DNA of 64,000 nt from Setoptus koraiensis (lineage: Eukaryota > Animalia > Arthropoda), in assembly GCA_048013815.1 (NCBI GenBank), contig CM106585.1:22816001-22880000 (forward strand), in the 5' to 3' direction. Positions within the stretch are counted from its first letter, which is position 1; every line of letters starts with the position of its first letter. Below are positions 60,988-64,000 of this stretch, one piece after another. A model generated the notes under the pieces. The model was not told where the DNA came from. It saw only the letters and a program-made list of their open reading frames with translations, and ran no database searches. Made by a program: the position numbers and the translations under genes.

Positions 60988-61107
60988 GCTAATCGTAACA
61001 GAATCGCTACGGAACAATAAACAGTGTAGCGATGATATTGATGGTAGCGAAACTGAGAAATTGTACAACTCGATCTATCTCACGATCCATCATAACATTA
61101 GCGATAA
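60988..61107 (+). CDS. Candidate further kek exon (Ig-domain middle?)
   Basis: TGTAG| 120 nt open |GTAATA, phase 2-2; ETEKLYNSIYLTIHHNISD loosely resembles the kekkon Ig 'EK.S.L.I.N...D' strand; no linking phase-1 exon found. Confidence 0.25.
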
Positions 61108-64000
61108 GTAATAGTATCATTCGTATCACCTTTATTATACGGAAGAGCATATGGAATAATTTGGTCTGGTGGTACGTTGTTGTTTTTGGTCCAATGTCTC
61201 GAGTAATGATCACTTGGTTCGCTTCATTTTCAATTATTTGTTTGATCATGCATGCCCCTTATTGCATATCTAGATATGCTTTTATCATATCTATTGGCCG
61301 CTTCACCGCAATGTTTCTTCGTTTATCGCAGTGGTGGCTGGCTCTACTCTAGCGAAGCAAGAGTTTTATTGCGAAAGAATTCAAGGTATTGGGCAAGCGA
61401 TTGGCCGTTGGCAGAAAAGAAAAGAATGAATAATAATCCGCTGGCATAATCGCAGCATGGCAGAGGCATAACAGGAGGTGCAGCCAGAAACTGTTTATAA
61501 GTTTTCTTTTTTTCTGAATAAGACAACATAACGGTAACGGCTGAGAGAGGATAATAAATCGTTTCGAAGCAATCATTTGCTCACTACTGTCCACTGGGTG
61601 CCCCACTATCTATGGCTAGCACTAGCAATTGACATCATTGACTGTATAGAAGAAACTTTCAAACTTGCCACTGCTATTATGCAACAGAGGGGGGCACACA
61701 TGTGAAAAGGAATGCGACCGAAAGAGAGCAACTACAACTTGCAACTAATCGATTTCTTTTTGGCTCTGTTTATAATGAAACGACAACTATTTGCTATAGG
61801 GCCCCCTTGTGTTCAATTCAATGCTATCCAGCCACCTACTGTGCCGGCGAACAAACCAAAATTGTTGTTGTTGTTTTCTCTGTTGTTCTTTCTCGCCCTA
61901 TCTCCAACTCCCCTCTGTTAGATAATGCATAGATAATAATGACACACACATATACATACATTCATATATCATGCAATCTCATGTCAATATGTCAGTGGAC
62001 AACTATAGAGTCTCCCGACAAGTGTACAGTGAAAGAATTGCGCCGTTCGATCATCATCTCAAGTTTATATGAGAGAGGAACAAAGAAGAATAATTCCAGC
62101 TTTGTCTAGATGAGTGTAATATCGAGAAGAAGGAAAAAAAACAAATACAATCTCTTGGCCGCTACAACAACTGTATTGAGCTGCGAGAATTACTGGCAAA
62201 TCGCAAAGAGATGATGTTGAGTCATCTTGATCAAGTGATATTATTTGCGTTGCTTGACTGAGAATTGAATTTTCCATTCGCTCATTCAGCACGCTCTATA
62301 GATTTCTTTATACAAAATATGACCCAGTCGGTGATTATTTTTTTCAAGAGAAATCAAGAGTGTTTGTTATTTTGTTGTGTAATGAGCATTTTTCCTTGTT
62401 TTCTCTTTTGTACGCTTCTTGCCATGAAATCCGATTGTTCGATATCGGCTGATCTGACTTTTCACCGGAAATAGTCAGATTTTTCGGCCTGCCCTAGTTT
62501 GGCCGACAAATACTCACGATCAGCAATTGTGTATTATCCAGAGTGACATGAATTTAGCGACCACATTTTTCCGCTTCGCGGTATTCATATATGCTGCGGT
62601 CTAACAAGAGCGGTGTCGGTGAAATGTCTGATTTTAGTTTTCTGTGAAAAGGATGCCATAGTTGGAAAAATCAAGAATCGGTTTGCGGCGGCAGGCAGAA
62701 TATCCGAGTTTCGGTGGTCAAGCAACGGTTACATTTCCCCGCGAATAAAATAGAGACCATCGAGGTCATCAATCTAGCTTGACTGAACACGCTTCGATTG
62801 TGTACAAAAGCAGGTCAGATCATGACATTTCAGCCAAAGACAAATGTATCAATTAGCTGACATTGTGTTGTGCATTGAGCCATATATGAGTATCGCACAT
62901 GCAACCAAGCAATGGTCTGATCCGGCCAACTGAATACGATTGATTTTGTTGGTTGGTTTGTTGGGTTGCTGCAATTAGAGCTACAGCATAAGAAAACGGA
63001 TTGGAGCGAGGCGATTCCAAAATGTCCAGATTTCGGAAAAAGGTGCCTCGTTCAGGCCCCATATCCACTGTGCAATATCCAGTCTGTGGACGTACCTGTA
63101 TGCAGTCGGTGCAAGCGACACTGGCGACGGGGTCACTGTAGCAAACGTCTGAGACATTGCAGAGCTTGCCGCATAATGATTATTCTAATTACTTAATCGA
63201 CATGGTTGCGAAATAGTAGTATTAGTGGTGGGAGTGGTTGTGAGTTGTAGTTTCACTAGTGACTATTTTGAAATGCATGTAAACCAGCCAGTGCGACTTG
63301 GTGTGAAATGGCTCGAATTAGACGAGAGTGACAAGTTGACTTTGCGTAGGAATTGCTTATAAATTGAGGAAATCGCGCTCGGCTGAGCCGAGATATTCTT
63401 ATGAGAGTGTCCGTGGTTGTGAAAACAACGCCGATAAGCCTTAGTGTACACGCCGAGAGAGAGGGATAAAGAAAGCGAGAGAGAGCGAGAGTTGCATAAA
63501 GGGCGCATCTGCACTTGATCATGAATAGTTATTCGAACAGTAAATAGAGATAGAAAGTGGCCAGTCGGAGAGTTATGGAGCCCCCATCCACATAATGTGG
63601 ACACACATAAATGTATGTGAGTAGCGAGCCGGGATGCATGCCAACTGGGGCCTTCTAGGAATAAAAGAGAGTGGACTTTTGGAGATTTCTCCACTGTGAG
63701 GCCCATTAACGCGCTTGATTTGATTTGGCGAGACGATGAGAGGGACAACGATGGCACCGACTGAGCTATTGATGTGTAAAGTGTTGGAAAAAGTAAGTTA
63801 ATATTGAGCTGAATCACATCTTAGTCGCCATTCAACCGTTGGCCATTGACTTCAATAGGCTGACGGTGCGCTCACCATGTGTATCACTGCTGTAGATCAT
63901 CTTCTCGGCATTATATCCCGGGGCGTCCTAGATCATCGTGTCGTCGAATGTCAGCGAAAAGAAAATGCCAGCAAATGTTTCCAAAAGTTACTGGCAAGTC

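Overview
Eukaryotic genomic DNA with spliceosomal GT-AG introns; arthropod, plausibly a mite (inferred from the kekkon-type gene and TE content). No CRISPR array, rRNA or tRNA was recognised. Bases ~1-27,830 are a nested transposon island. It contains (i) a Helentron/HINE-like non-autonomous family ('A': subterminal inverted repeat AGCGCTTAATTTT plus a 3' hairpin) and (ii) a GG-ended TIR family with 8-bp TSDs ('B') whose five copies share a 151-nt, indel-free, hairpin-rich core. It also holds (iii) an internally deleted Ty3/gypsy LTR element with a hAT-type MITE inside it, and (iv) fragments of pogo-type, rosa/DD41D-type and ISL2EU-type transposases, a gypsy RT, a chromodomain ORF and several unknown ORFs. 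From 28,889 a kekkon-like LRR gene runs on + (exons 1-3 at 28.9-31.5 kb, exon 4 at 58.6-58.9 kb across a ~27-kb simple-repeat-rich intron). A decayed kekkon-like paralog lies at ~56.6-58 kb and an antisense casein kinase I pseudogene at ~58.9-59.5 kb. The strongest leads are the strand-asymmetric G-N-A-loop hairpin cassette conserved in family B, a possible ~900-codon DD41D-transposase fusion ORF, and an apparently complementary decay of two tandem kekkon copies. All alignments and translations were done by eye; no database searches were run.
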